From the NCBI GenBank assembly GCA_964650285.1, contig CAZYSP010000002.1:9827-73826 (forward strand): DNA of 64,000 bases. Direction: 5' to 3'. Below the pieces are notes generated by a model. The model saw only the letters and a list, made by a program, of their open reading frames with translations. It did no database searches and was not told the origin of the DNA. Shown here piece after piece: positions 17,236-27,626 of this stretch (positions within the stretch are counted from its first letter, which is position 1; each line of letters opens with the position of its first letter). Both the position numbers and the translations under genes were made by a program. The DNA is from an uncultured Methanosarcinales archaeon. GTDB taxonomy: Archaea > Nanobdellota > Nanobdellia > Woesearchaeales > GW2011-AR4.

Positions 17236-18393
17236 ATGGAGTTGGGGCGTTTAATAAATCTTGTAGTTATTTCTGGTATTTTTAGTAAAAAGGATGATGA
17301 ATTAGACATATTGCCACCGCCTCCGCCATTTCCCGAGATTGGAAAAGAAAGTGGGGGGGTGAAAGAAGCCAGGAAAATAAGAGAAGAGCAAGAAAATCAA
17401 AAACAAAAGGAAATTGCGCTTAAAAGAAAAAAAGTGGAGCAGGAGAAAAGGCACAAAGAAAGAAAAAAAGCAGGGTTAGAGAGAGAGAGAGAACTGGAGG
17501 AAAAAAGAAAGTTAGCTGAAAAACACAGAAAGGAGAAATTAAGGAAAGAGAAAAGAAAAGCTAGAGGAAAAGGAGTTTTTGATTTCTTTCATGGCGTGGG
17601 TTTAGTTAAAACTGAAAAAGAAAAAAAGGAATACAGAAGGCAGAAGCAAAAAGAAAAAGAGCAGAGGGAATTGGAAAAGAAGAAGAGAGAGGAAGAGAAA
17701 AAAAGATTAGAGGAAGGGAGAAGAAAGCAACAGGAGGAATCAAGGAAAGAGAGAAAGTTGGAGGAAAAGAGAGAAAAAGATCTTGCACTTAAAAGGGAAG
17801 AAGAAAAAAAGAACCAAGTTAAAGAGAAAACAGTACAAAGACCAAAAAAGGCAGTTTTTGGAAAAATTTTCAAGAAAAGAGAGGAAACTGAATTTGCTAA
17901 AGAACTAAAAGAGATAGAAAAAATAGCTCAAAAACCAGTAAAAGAAAAAAAGAAAGGTGTGAAAGCAAAGTTAGAGATGCCAGAGCTTATATCCTTAAAG
18001 ACAGAGAAATTTGAGAAGGAAACAACAAAGCCAGAGGAGGTTGTGAAAGCAGAGGAAGAGATACAAAAAGCAATTAGTGGAATGAGAAAGGCAAAGAAAG
18101 CTTCTGTTGTAAAGGGCCTGTTTAGGAAGAAAAAACCTGCTGAGGAAAAGGTAGAAACTCTTGAGGTAATGCCAAGAACTTATGACAAGATAGACCATGT
18201 TGAGCTAATTGAGGAAAAAGTACACAAAGCAAGGTTAGCGTTGATGGACTTCAAGTTTGATGAAGCAAAAAGAAGATACATAGAGATAATGAAGATGTAT
18301 AATGAGCTAGAGCCTAAAAAGAAATCAAAAGTTTACCATGACATTAAGGATTTGTATTATGAGAGGAAGTCTGCAGAGAAGTTTGTGAAGTAG
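17236..18393 (+). CDS. Lys/Glu-rich low-complexity charged protein (KEKR repeats)
   Basis: extreme KE composition, proline tract PPPPPFPE near the N-terminus, globular-looking C-terminal 80 aa. Confidence 0.45.
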   Translation: MELGRLINLVVISGIFSKKDDELDILPPPPPFPEIGKESGGVKEARKIREEQENQKQKEIALKRKKVEQEKRHKERKKAGLERERELEEKRKLAEKHRKEKLRKEKRKARGKGVFDFFHGVGLVKTEKEKKEYRRQKQKEKEQRELEKKKREEEKKRLEEGRRKQQEESRKERKLEEKREKDLALKREEEKKNQVKEKTVQRPKKAVFGKIFKKREETEFAKELKEIEKIAQKPVKEKKKGVKAKLEMPELISLKTEKFEKETTKPEEVVKAEEEIQKAISGMRKAKKASVVKGLFRKKKPAEEKVETLEVMPRTYDKIDHVELIEEKVHKARLALMDFKFDEAKRRYIEIMKMYNELEPKKKSKVYHDIKDLYYERKSAEKFVK

Positions 18394-18617
18394 TTAGTTC
18401 AATTTTGTTGTTTTTTACTAGAAAAGCGTAAATAAAAAAGAGCATAACTTATTATTAATGGAGAATAAAAAACTTAAATAAGAGGTTAGATGAAGTTCTA
18501 GAAAGATTACATTATCTGGAGAGGGTTATTAGGAACCTTAAAGATAGAGAAGGAACGTTAATTACAGGGGTTGGAGGGGTTGATGAAAGACTGTTTAGAG
18601 AGATAGCAAATTATGAA

Positions 18618-18935
18618 ATGTCAACGGAGGAATTGAAGAGGGCCTTTGTGTTGCTTCTGAGGCAGGATGCCAGAAGATTGAAAGATATGTGTATTAATAA
18701 TATCGACCTCTTTGGTAATGTATCGGAAGGGTTTAGCAAAATTGATAGAATTCTTGATTTTATAAGGGAGCATGAAGACCATGATATAAAAAAATCAAAA
18801 GAATTACAGGAATTTGTAGCGAAATCTAAGATCAGATTGAACAATATAAGAAAAAAGATGGTTGATGGTGTCAATAAAAAAAGAGGAGAGAAAAAAGAGA
18901 TGCGGGATACGAAAAGGTTGCAGAGATGGAAGTAA
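18618..18935 (+). CDS. hypothetical protein (open frame continues upstream to about 18459 without an ATG)
   Basis: ORF only. Confidence 0.3.
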   Translation: MSTEELKRAFVLLLRQDARRLKDMCINNIDLFGNVSEGFSKIDRILDFIREHEDHDIKKSKELQEFVAKSKIRLNNIRKKMVDGVNKKRGEKKEMRDTKRLQRWK

Positions 18936-19012
18936 CAGTCCCAATAAGTACTTCTTGATTTATAATTTATTTTTCCGCAAAGTTAATAAATTATATATTT
19001 TTCTAGATTTTT

Positions 19013-19633
19013 ATGGTTAAGGGATTTTTTATTGTTATGGATGGTATAGATGGCAGTGGCAAGAGTGAAATGGTAAAGCTTCTGCATGACTATCTTTTGT
19101 CAAAGAGCAAGAAATACAGGATTTTGACAACTAGAGAGCCGACAAATGGTATGTATGGCAAGGAAATAAGGGATATTCTGGCAAAAGAGAAGGATCCTAA
19201 CATAAACGGGCAGAAGATGCTTGAGCTGTTTATAAAAGACAGGGAAGAGCATTTGAAAAACACAGTTATTCCGTTTTTAAACAAATCAAATGACCATGAG
19301 GCGAATATAGTCATATGCGACAGGTATTATTACTCAACTATTGCCTTCCAGGCTACACAAGGCTTGGATATGAAGATGCTTATAGAGATAAATAAAGAAT
19401 TTTTAATGCCAGAGATTGCCTTTATACTTGATGTGAGGCCAGAGGTTGCTTTGGAAAGAATAAAGAGCAGGGAAAAAGAGAAGTTTGAGCAGCTTGAGTT
19501 TATGAATAAGCTAAGAGAAAGGTTTTTAGAACTTCCTAGATTATTGAAAGATAATATAAAGATAATTGATGCTTCTAGAGTCCTGAATGAGGTTTTTAAT
19601 GATATAAAGAAAGAAGTAGACAAATTATTTTAG
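19013..19633 (+). CDS. tmk: thymidylate kinase
   Basis: MDGIDGSGKS P-loop and DRY motif (ICDRYYYS). Confidence 0.85.
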   Translation: MVKGFFIVMDGIDGSGKSEMVKLLHDYLLSKSKKYRILTTREPTNGMYGKEIRDILAKEKDPNINGQKMLELFIKDREEHLKNTVIPFLNKSNDHEANIVICDRYYYSTIAFQATQGLDMKMLIEINKEFLMPEIAFILDVRPEVALERIKSREKEKFEQLEFMNKLRERFLELPRLLKDNIKIIDASRVLNEVFNDIKKEVDKLF

Positions 19634-19750
19634 ATTTTAGAAAAATTAAGCTTGCTCTTCCTCATCCTCTTCTTCCTTTTTCTCTTCAAACTCATCCAAC
19701 TTTTTGTTTTTTTGTGTTGTTTTGTAGCTTACTGGCATTTTGCACCTCTT

Positions 19751-20182
19751 TTATAAGCCTGTACTTCCGAAACCATTCTCGTTTCTTGTTGTTTTTCCCA
19801 GTTCTTTTACTTCCTCAAATACAGCTTCCTCAACTTTGGCGAATATAAGCTGTCCAATCTTTTTTCCCTTTTCAATCTTATAAGGCTCATTGCTGAAATT
19901 TATTAGTGGAACTCTTATTTCTCCCCTATAGCTGCTGTCTATTGTACCTACTGCATTCGCATGGCTTATTCCATGATTTAAGGCCAAACCAGATTTTGGT
20001 CTTACCTGAGCTTCATAGCCATGAGGGATTTCCAGCTTTAATCCAGTTGGGATTAACTTGCGTTCCATTGGCTTAAGAGTATGTTCCTCTGCGGAATAAA
20101 GGTCAACCCCCGAATCACCATCATGGGCATAGCTTGGTGCCGGGATATTGGAAATTTTTTGCATCTTTATTGTGAGGGACAT
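19751..20182 (-). CDS. dut: dUTP diphosphatase (trimeric dUTPase)
   Basis: AHDGDSGVDLY, IPTGL, RPKSGLA, GTIDSSYRGEI, NGFGSTG motifs I-V; start set at the internal Met. Confidence 0.85.
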   Translation of the reverse strand: MSLTIKMQKISNIPAPSYAHDGDSGVDLYSAEEHTLKPMERKLIPTGLKLEIPHGYEAQVRPKSGLALNHGISHANAVGTIDSSYRGEIRVPLINFSNEPYKIEKGKKIGQLIFAKVEEAVFEEVKELGKTTRNENGFGSTGL

Positions 20183-20253
20183 TTTTAGAAATAAATTTTC
20201 ATTAGCAAGCTCATATTTAAAGAATGTGGGAATAGAAAGTATATTTTGCAAAG

Positions 20254-20757
20254 TTATTTTTTGACAAAATCCATTAGAGACTCTAAACTATGATGCATTA
20301 CTTTCCCGTTTTCCGGATTTATTTTCATATTTAATGTTTTAAATGAATGCGTCATGTAGGTTATGTTCCATATATTTCCATACTCTTCAAGGTTTTGCAA
20401 TATTGCTATTGTTCTGCTTACTAACTCCTTTGGGTATTTGTTCTTTTGAAATTCCTTTGCTTTTTTTAAGATGCTTTTAAATGAAATTTCTATTTTTTCA
20501 GTATCTATTTGCTTTACTACTGTGTCTGGTTTTTTAAATACCTCTTCTTCTTCTTTTATTTCTATCATGTCTTGATCAACAATAAAAGTGATTATTTTGT
20601 CTGTCGCTTTATGATAAAAGCCAAACTGCCATGGGACTTCTTTATTGTCCTCAAGCATTTTGAATGTATAAGAAAGAAAAGCATCTTTATTTTTAATGTT
20701 CCATTGTTTAAACTCTTTGCTTTCTTTTAATTTTTTTAGTGCTGAATCAAACTCCAT
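20254..20757 (-). CDS. hypothetical protein
   Basis: ORF with protein-like composition, no motif recognised. Confidence 0.4.
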   Translation of the reverse strand: MEFDSALKKLKESKEFKQWNIKNKDAFLSYTFKMLEDNKEVPWQFGFYHKATDKIITFIVDQDMIEIKEEEEVFKKPDTVVKQIDTEKIEISFKSILKKAKEFQKNKYPKELVSRTIAILQNLEEYGNIWNITYMTHSFKTLNMKINPENGKVMHHSLESLMDFVKK

Positions 20758-20809
20758 GCTCTACTGATAATAGTGAAAATTTAAATATGTTTGTAAAATA
20801 CTTAAGAGT

Positions 20810-21781
20810 ATGGCAATTACAGTAAATGCAGTACATGAACAGAAAGAGCTTAAAGACAGAAAGAGATACAATGAGGGCTATCGTTTAGTTGGAAATCACT
20901 CTGCTGTTAAGATTTGTGGTTATTGCAGGAAAGCCGTTACTGGTAAAGATGTTTGTTATAAAAATACTTTTTATGGAATAAAGAGCTGGAGATGCGTGCA
21001 GATGTCTCCTACTTTCTTTTGCGACCACAGGTGTGTTTTTTGCTGGAGAAATATTGATTATGTATGGCCTAAGTGGCAAGGCCCTATTGATGAGCCTGAG
21101 TTTATTGTGGATGAATGCATTAAGGCTCATATTGAGCTTCTGCAAGGGTTTAAGGGCAATTCTAATGTAGCTAAGGAAATGATTAAGGAAATTGAAAAAC
21201 CACTGCACTTTGCTATTAGCTTGACAGGAGAACCAACAATGTATCCTAAGCTAGCTGAGATGATTGACTATATTAAGGAAAAGGGAATGAGTGCTTTTCT
21301 GGTTACTAACGGAACAATTCCAAATATGATTAAAAAACTAATTAATCATCAACCAACTCAGCTTTACATTAGTGTTTATGGTCCTGATAAAGAGATTTAT
21401 CAGAAAACAGCTAATCCAATAAATAAAGATGGATGGGAAAAACTACAGAAAAGCTTGTCTATGATAAATAAGTTTAATAGAAATGTAATAAGGCTGACTT
21501 TAGTTAAGGGATTTAATTTTGTTGATCCTGAAGGCTATGCAGGATTAATTGAGAACTACAAGCCAATGTTTGTAGAAGCAAAAGGATATAGTTATGTTGG
21601 TCATAGCCAGCAACGTTTAGAAGTAAAAAATATGCCTTATCATCATGAGATAATGGAATTTGCAGAAAAAATTGAGGAAAACTCAAGCTATAAGGTAATT
21701 GATCAAAAGAAAGAAAGTAAGGTTGTCTTGTTGGTTAGAGAAGATTTTGAAGGCAGAAAGATGGATTTTGAGGATTTGTAG
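20810..21781 (+). CDS. taw1: tRNA 4-demethylwyosine synthase (radical SAM, Taw1/TYW1)
   Basis: GNHSAVKICGYC... and CDHRCVFCWR (CxxxCxxC radical-SAM cluster) typical of TYW1/Taw1. Confidence 0.85.
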   Translation: MAITVNAVHEQKELKDRKRYNEGYRLVGNHSAVKICGYCRKAVTGKDVCYKNTFYGIKSWRCVQMSPTFFCDHRCVFCWRNIDYVWPKWQGPIDEPEFIVDECIKAHIELLQGFKGNSNVAKEMIKEIEKPLHFAISLTGEPTMYPKLAEMIDYIKEKGMSAFLVTNGTIPNMIKKLINHQPTQLYISVYGPDKEIYQKTANPINKDGWEKLQKSLSMINKFNRNVIRLTLVKGFNFVDPEGYAGLIENYKPMFVEAKGYSYVGHSQQRLEVKNMPYHHEIMEFAEKIEENSSYKVIDQKKESKVVLLVREDFEGRKMDFEDL

Positions 21782-21835
21782 AAGATTTTAAATATAGTTA
21801 TTTATTAGTTAATGTTTATGGATAAAGAATTTAAA

Positions 21836-22438
21836 CTAGATTTTTATGATTTTTCCATAAGGACCGGGATTAATAACTTCAGTTTTCTTTATCTTGTCTT
21901 TTTTGCCAAAGGTTTCATGCAAATGGCCGCATATATACAAATCTATTTTGTTTTTGATTACAAAGTTCCTGAATGTCTTGTTTCCGCAGTGGCTGCCTAC
22001 TATTAAATCAACCTTTGTTTTGTAAGGACTTGCGTGTGTTATGAAAATTATTTTTTTGTCCTTGTTCTTCCTCATTATTTTTTTGAATTTTTCTCCTGTT
22101 TTGTAGAAGCCTGGAGTTGTTAATGAAAATCCTTCGCCACCGTAGCCCAGGAAAATGTGGTTATTCTGCCTGTATTGTTTCTTATGGATGAAGATCAGAT
22201 TTTTGTATTTTTTGCATATTTTTCTTAGCACTTTGTCTGTTTCGTGGTTGCCAGGGATTATGAGGGTTTTTTTCTTTAACTTGTTTAATTTATTTAAAAT
22301 AAAATTAAGGTCCTGCTCGAAAATAGAAACATCTCCTGCGCATATTAATATGTCAGGATTTTGCTTTTTTACCTTTGATTTTATTTTTTTGAATGCGTAA
22401 GATGAAAGATGCAGATCTGTAAAGGCTAAGAGTTTCAT
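21836..22438 (-). CDS. calcineurin-like metallophosphoesterase
   Basis: FTDLHLS, CAGDVS, PGNHE, GHLHE motifs. Confidence 0.7.
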   Translation of the reverse strand: MKLLAFTDLHLSSYAFKKIKSKVKKQNPDILICAGDVSIFEQDLNFILNKLNKLKKKTLIIPGNHETDKVLRKICKKYKNLIFIHKKQYRQNNHIFLGYGGEGFSLTTPGFYKTGEKFKKIMRKNKDKKIIFITHASPYKTKVDLIVGSHCGNKTFRNFVIKNKIDLYICGHLHETFGKKDKIKKTEVINPGPYGKIIKI

Positions 22439-22682
22439 TCTATTTATTTTTTAATTAATGATATATAAATATGTGTTTTTTATACATTATAAAGTTGTAG
22501 GGGTTAGATATTCCTCAATTTTAGAGTAGAATTTTTAAACAATTAAAAATATACCATATATAAATGCCGAAGAATAAACCAATTGGTGTATATTTTCTTA
22601 GTATAATTGTACTTCTGGGAGCAATTTACACTATAATCATCTTTTTACCTTACTTATCATTGTTTTCAAGACTGATTTTGAA

Positions 22683-23024
22683 TTGAATCTCAAAAATAGT
22701 TTGATATTAATTTTAGCTATGCTACCAACAATTTATGCTTCTTTAATAGTTTATGTTTCAATTAAAACTCTCCAATTTAAAGAATCAGGGAGGAAATATA
22801 TGATATTAGTATCCGTCCTAAATATTATAATCAAAGGTACACCTTTTGTTTATGACTTATTCTATAAGCAATATAATATTAATGATTTGATAACTACTCT
22901 ACTTACTACAATCTTTTCTATAGTTATAATATTCTATTTTGGAAGTAAACGAATAAAAAACATTTCAAAAAAAATCAAACTGCACCATAATAATCTTCTA
23001 AAACTATTTTATCAATATTGTTAA
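22683..23024 (+). CDS. hypothetical small membrane protein
   Basis: three hydrophobic segments; overlaps the 3' end of the VWA gene on the other strand, so uncertain. Confidence 0.25.
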   Translation: MNLKNSLILILAMLPTIYASLIVYVSIKTLQFKESGRKYMILVSVLNIIIKGTPFVYDLFYKQYNINDLITTLLTTIFSIVIIFYFGSKRIKNISKKIKLHHNNLLKLFYQYC

Positions 23025-24159
23025 CATCCTTAACGACATATAACTTTCCCTCTCCTAATTCAACTATTTTTTCAGCTAATTCTTTTCCTTTTTCATTCAG
23101 GTTGATTCCTATCAAGGATATTGTAATTCCTTTATTTCTTGCTATAGAAGCTTCCTGTAATGTTTCTTTTTCTGGCTCTTTTCCTATTGTTGGCAATGCG
23201 TCTGTAATTAAGATTAAATGTTTAGTAATATTTTCATTTGGAAACAATTCTATTGATTTTTTTAATGTTTTAACTATGTCTGTTTCTCTTGATGCCCTTA
23301 TGCTTGTGATGTTTTTCAATAAATATGAAAAATCAATGGTAGGCTCTATTGTTGTTTTTATTTCTGAACCAAATACTATCAGTCCGACTTTGTCTTTTTC
23401 ATCTATTGCCTTATATGCCAGGGCTATTCCTGCACGCTTGCAGGCATCTATCTTAGAGCCTTTCATACTGCCAGAAGCATCCAGGGCATAAACAATATAG
23501 TTTTGACCTTTAGACTGCCTTTCATAAACCTTAAGGTCTTTTTCTTGCAGCTTCTTATGGCCCCTTCTTATTGCTAATTTTGCTGATTTTTTTATTGCTA
23601 TGTCTTTGTATCTATCACTTTTTTTGTAATTCCTTACATCTTCTTTGCTTCCGTATATAGAAATGCGTTTATGTATTTTTTCTCCTAAAATTCCCTGAGG
23701 TATTATTTTGTCAAGTTCTTCAAAATACATTACTAAAGATGCTAATTCGATGCCCTTATCAGTTATTTCATCATCTTTATTCAGAAATCCTTCTTCTTTT
23801 AATTTTTCAATATTCTTTTGTATTCTGAATTTTAATTCTTTTTGGAACTCCGGGATGTTGATATTTTTCTTAATATAGTCTGGGTTATAACCTGTAGCCA
23901 GCTTTAACAAAGAAGGGCCAAATATGTGTTTTGCCATTGAATAATTTTTTACAAGCTGCTGGTAGAGCAAGTCTGGAGTAAAAGAATTTAGGCCCTGGTT
24001 TATTGAATCTCTTATCAGTTTTCCTTGCTCTATTGTTTCCTTGTCATTTTCCAAAACAGAATGCATCAGTTTTTTCTCTTCTTGTGAGGAAAGCTTTCCT
24101 GCTAGTTCAGTTATTTCATCTTTTTCTTCAAAATGTTGCTGGCTGTCAAAGTAAATCAC
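22975..24159 (-). CDS. VWA (von Willebrand factor A) domain protein, partner of MoxR ATPase
   Basis: MIDAS-containing block YALDASGSM...; C-terminal VWA fold; overlaps the MoxR gene by 14 nt (operon). Confidence 0.7.
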   Translation of the reverse strand: MIYFDSQQHFEEKDEITELAGKLSSQEEKKLMHSVLENDKETIEQGKLIRDSINQGLNSFTPDLLYQQLVKNYSMAKHIFGPSLLKLATGYNPDYIKKNINIPEFQKELKFRIQKNIEKLKEEGFLNKDDEITDKGIELASLVMYFEELDKIIPQGILGEKIHKRISIYGSKEDVRNYKKSDRYKDIAIKKSAKLAIRRGHKKLQEKDLKVYERQSKGQNYIVYALDASGSMKGSKIDACKRAGIALAYKAIDEKDKVGLIVFGSEIKTTIEPTIDFSYLLKNITSIRASRETDIVKTLKKSIELFPNENITKHLILITDALPTIGKEPEKETLQEASIARNKGITISLIGINLNEKGKELAEKIVELGEGKLYVVKDVNNIDKIVLEDYYGAV

Positions 24160-25078
24160 CTTTTTTTTCTTCTAAAACTTCGCTGTCTACAATGTTTTTT
24201 TCAAACTGTTCCTGTATGTATGCTTCTGGAGTTTGTAAATATTTGATTGATGGTTTTAATCTAATTCTATGTGCTAATACAGAAACAACAATCTCTTTTA
24301 AATCATTAAAAGTTACATTTTTTCTTTTGCTTAACAAGGCATTTGATTGTGATCTTTCATACAAGCCTAATGATGCACGTACAGAAGGCTTTTTTTCCAG
24401 GTTCTTGTCTTCTCTTAATATTCTAATAAAATAAATCATTAACTCCAATAACTTACTGCTAACATTAATATTATCGATTTTCTTTCCTTTTTTTATTATT
24501 ATTTCTTTTTCTATGTCAAGATTTTCCGGATAATGCATGTATATTAGGTCAAACCTGTCAAGCAGAACATCTGAGAGCTTTTCTGTTGATGTGTCTTCTG
24601 GATTCATTGTTCCAATAAAAATAAAATCAATGCCAAAATCAACATCATAAGAGCCAATAGTGGCCTTTTTTTCTTCCAGAACCTGCAGTAAGGCATTTTG
24701 CACTTTTTCCGGGCATCTGTTTAATTCATCAAAGAATAAAATTCCCTTATCAGCTTTGAAAATCTTTCCTTTTGTAAATGCTTCTATGCTTAATGGACCG
24801 TATTTCAGGGCTTTAACAGGGTCTATATCACCCAGTAAGTCTTCAACTGTAAGGTCAGGACTTCCCTGTATCCTTATAAAAGGGGTTTTTTTACCTAATA
24901 ATTTTGCAATGTTTTTAGCCAAAGTCGTCTTTCCAATTCCAGGTGGGCCTACAAGAATAATGTGTCTGTCTGTCAATAAAGCGGATTTTACTGCTTGTTT
25001 TACCTTATCCTGGCCAATTATATCTGTAAAAGGGTCTTTTTCTTGCAACAATGTGTTTCTTAGGTCTTTGGTTATCAT
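24146..25078 (-). CDS. MoxR-family AAA+ ATPase
   Basis: HIILVGPPGIGKTTLAKNIAKLL Walker A, DELNRCPEKVQNALL (Walker B, sensor). Confidence 0.8.
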   Translation of the reverse strand: MITKDLRNTLLQEKDPFTDIIGQDKVKQAVKSALLTDRHIILVGPPGIGKTTLAKNIAKLLGKKTPFIRIQGSPDLTVEDLLGDIDPVKALKYGPLSIEAFTKGKIFKADKGILFFDELNRCPEKVQNALLQVLEEKKATIGSYDVDFGIDFIFIGTMNPEDTSTEKLSDVLLDRFDLIYMHYPENLDIEKEIIIKKGKKIDNINVSSKLLELMIYFIRILREDKNLEKKPSVRASLGLYERSQSNALLSKRKNVTFNDLKEIVVSVLAHRIRLKPSIKYLQTPEAYIQEQFEKNIVDSEVLEEKKGDLL

Positions 25079-25147
25079 TTTGATTTATTTTATAAAAACA
25101 TAATAGTAAGTTTTGTGATTTTATAAAGGTTGGGGTTTTGTATGTGT

Positions 25148-25738
25148 TCAGAAAAAGAGTCTTACAACCCAGATAGCACTAGCTGCAACTAAAGGTATTA
25201 TTAGATTATCATCAACCTCTTCTGCCCCTATCTTTATTTCTATGCCTTCTACTAACATTGCAAAGAAAGAGGCTGCAAGGGCCTCATACCAAGCTACAAA
25301 AATAATGGCCCCTATGAATCCTGCTATAAAGCCTGCAATCCAGCCTTCTACGAATTTTGTGCTTACAAAAGGATGGGGTATTTTTCCAAACTGGATTCCA
25401 AACAGATGACCTATGGAATCTGCAAATGTAAGAACAAGGATAGATGCTAGTACTATATCCATTGGAAATAAAAATAATACCAATAAGATACCTATGAGAT
25501 AGAAAATTATTCCCTTGCCTGGAAATTTTTTGATATATGCTGCTCTTTCAAAGTGCTGCATAAACCAATATATACCAGGAATTTTATATTTTTTGCTCAG
25601 GAAGGATATTATAATGCCTATTATGGCTGAAAAAAATATATGTATTTTTCCTATGAATCCGAACTTAAGCAGGACAACTACTACAATCCCAAAGATAATG
25701 TGTATAAGTTTCCTTTTTACTTCAAGTTTGGTCAACAT
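25148..25738 (-). CDS. CTP-transferase-1 family membrane protein (dolichol kinase/CdsA-like)
   Basis: multi-TM; FADSIGHLFGIQFGK resembles the cytidylyltransferase family signature. Confidence 0.4.
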   Translation of the reverse strand: MLTKLEVKRKLIHIIFGIVVVVLLKFGFIGKIHIFFSAIIGIIISFLSKKYKIPGIYWFMQHFERAAYIKKFPGKGIIFYLIGILLVLFLFPMDIVLASILVLTFADSIGHLFGIQFGKIPHPFVSTKFVEGWIAGFIAGFIGAIIFVAWYEALAASFFAMLVEGIEIKIGAEEVDDNLIIPLVAASAIWVVRLFF

Positions 25739-26597
25739 CTTTCTCTAAATGAGTTATAAAATAAACTATAAACACTCCTAAGAGCAAAAAAACTACCATC
25801 AGTGCAATATTATAAGCCTCAAATGAAGCAGCAGTCTCATAAATTCTTCTCAATGGTATGCTTAACGATCCAACAACCAGCCCTAAAAGCACATACAAGG
25901 TCTTGCACCTGTCTTTTCTAAACAAAAATGAAATAATACGTGAAATAGTGAATGCGCCTAAACCAGCTCCTAAAATAAAAACTAGAAGATAATAAAAATT
26001 ACTAAATGGATCATATAAAACCTTAAGCATAAACTCATAAATACCTAAAACCAGCAGTATAAAGGCCCCGGAAATTCCCGGCAAAAACATTGCGCTAATT
26101 GCCAAAAAACCCCCAATAAAGACATAGAATAAACCAGGAACTATTGAAACAGGAGAAAGAACAGATAGTAAAATCCCTGCTCCAAAACCCACAAATCCAA
26201 ACAAAATATTTTTTGGCTTATGATTCTCGATTTTTTTATAAATAACAGTTGATGAAGCCAAAATCAAACCAATAAAAAATGATATAGTAAAAGCAAAATA
26301 TCTATCCAAAAGAAATGAAATTACTCTGGACATAATCAAAAAAGCAGTTCCAATTCCAGCTACTAAAGTTATCAAAAAGATTAAATCTAATTTTTTAATG
26401 CTCTCAATTAATTTGCCTTTATTTTTTGGATATTGAAAAAGGTCAAGAATTAGTGAGGGAGAAAAACTTTTGACAGCATTAATAAGCCTTGCATAGATTC
26501 CTGTAATAAACGCTATTGTGCCTCCGGATATGCCTGGTATAATATCGCAAATCCCCATCAACATCCCTTTAAGATATATTTTAACTGAGTTTTTCAT
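25722..26597 (-). CDS. DUF368-family polytopic membrane protein
   Basis: GISGGTIAFITGIY near the N-terminus and a second internal repeat GISGAFILLVLGIY, as in DUF368 proteins. Confidence 0.5.
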   Translation of the reverse strand: MKNSVKIYLKGMLMGICDIIPGISGGTIAFITGIYARLINAVKSFSPSLILDLFQYPKNKGKLIESIKKLDLIFLITLVAGIGTAFLIMSRVISFLLDRYFAFTISFFIGLILASSTVIYKKIENHKPKNILFGFVGFGAGILLSVLSPVSIVPGLFYVFIGGFLAISAMFLPGISGAFILLVLGIYEFMLKVLYDPFSNFYYLLVFILGAGLGAFTISRIISFLFRKDRCKTLYVLLGLVVGSLSIPLRRIYETAASFEAYNIALMVVFLLLGVFIVYFITHLEKDVDQT

Positions 26598-27625
26598 TGC
26601 ACATCCTCTTTAATCTCTCCTTTTATTTTTTTATTGGGCCATATCTTGCATCCTGCATTAATAATTATGTTTTCTGCCCTGACGTTGTCAGATATTATAG
26701 CTCCTAATCTATCAATCTTTATTTTTTTATGTTTTACATTTGAATAGATATTGTTTTTAGCAATTATTGTACCATTAAAATACACATTTTCTCCAATAAT
26801 AGAATCTTCAATAATAGAACCTTTATCAATAATCGTATTATCCATTATGATTGAGTTTATTACAGTTCCATTTATTATGCAATTGTTTCCAATAGATGAA
26901 TTTTTAATGTTTCCATATGTTTTTGAATTTTTTCCAATTATGTTTTTGTTTTTTCTTAGTTTACGGTCAGCTGTCAACAAATCCCATGGGTGGCTTATCT
27001 GAAAGCAAAGAGAGCTATTGACACAATGAATTTTATTGTGTGCTGCAAGAATTTTTATTGCATCTGTAAGTTCGTATTCATTCCTTTTGGATTTTTTTAT
27101 TTTTTTAAGAGTATCAAATATTTTCTTGTCTAGGGAAAACAGTCCACAGTTTACCAAGTTAGAGATAAATTTTTTTGGCTTTTCTACTATATCAACTACG
27201 ATATTATTTTCTTCTTTTATGACTCCAAAGTTTTGCCAGTTTTTTACTTTTTTTACAAGAATTGAGTATTGATACTTTGTTACTTTATTTATATCATTTT
27301 TTGAATAGATATTATCCCCAAGCATAAGAATAAATTTGTTTTTTATTTTATCCTTCAGAATAGAAACTGCATGCCCAGTTCCGAGCTGTTCTTTTTGCTC
27401 AACAAATTTTACTTTTAATTGCGGATAATTTTTTTGGATAAATTCCTTAATCATGTCTTTTTTATAACCAACAACTAAAATTATTTCTTTGGTTATATCT
27501 TTAACAGCCTCTAAATTCCACTCAAGAATCGTTTTATTGGCAACCTTAAGCAATGGCTTTGGTTTTGTTATTGTAAGAGGATGTGTTCTTGTAGATTTTC
27601 CAGCTGCTAAAATAACTGCTTGCAT
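26594..27625 (-). CDS. sugar-phosphate nucleotidyltransferase with C-terminal left-handed beta-helix (GlmU/GalU-like bifunctional)
   Basis: MQAVILAAGKSTR...KPLL nucleotidyltransferase N-terminus; C-terminal hexapeptide repeats (I.G..V......II.D..I). Confidence 0.7.
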   Translation of the reverse strand: MQAVILAAGKSTRTHPLTITKPKPLLKVANKTILEWNLEAVKDITKEIILVVGYKKDMIKEFIQKNYPQLKVKFVEQKEQLGTGHAVSILKDKIKNKFILMLGDNIYSKNDINKVTKYQYSILVKKVKNWQNFGVIKEENNIVVDIVEKPKKFISNLVNCGLFSLDKKIFDTLKKIKKSKRNEYELTDAIKILAAHNKIHCVNSSLCFQISHPWDLLTADRKLRKNKNIIGKNSKTYGNIKNSSIGNNCIINGTVINSIIMDNTIIDKGSIIEDSIIGENVYFNGTIIAKNNIYSNVKHKKIKIDRLGAIISDNVRAENIIINAGCKIWPNKKIKGEIKEDVQ

Positions 27626-27626
27626 C

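Noticed and set aside
17589-17873. Minus-strand ORFs within the K/E-rich protein gene
   Set aside because: Reverse-frame Phe/Ser/Leu-rich artefacts of poly-purine coding sequence.
19646-19738. 30-aa minus-strand ORF MPVSYKTTQKNKKLDEFEEKKEEEDEEEQA downstream of dut
   Set aside because: Too short and low-complexity to support on its own; it could be a small acidic protein but there is no evidence.
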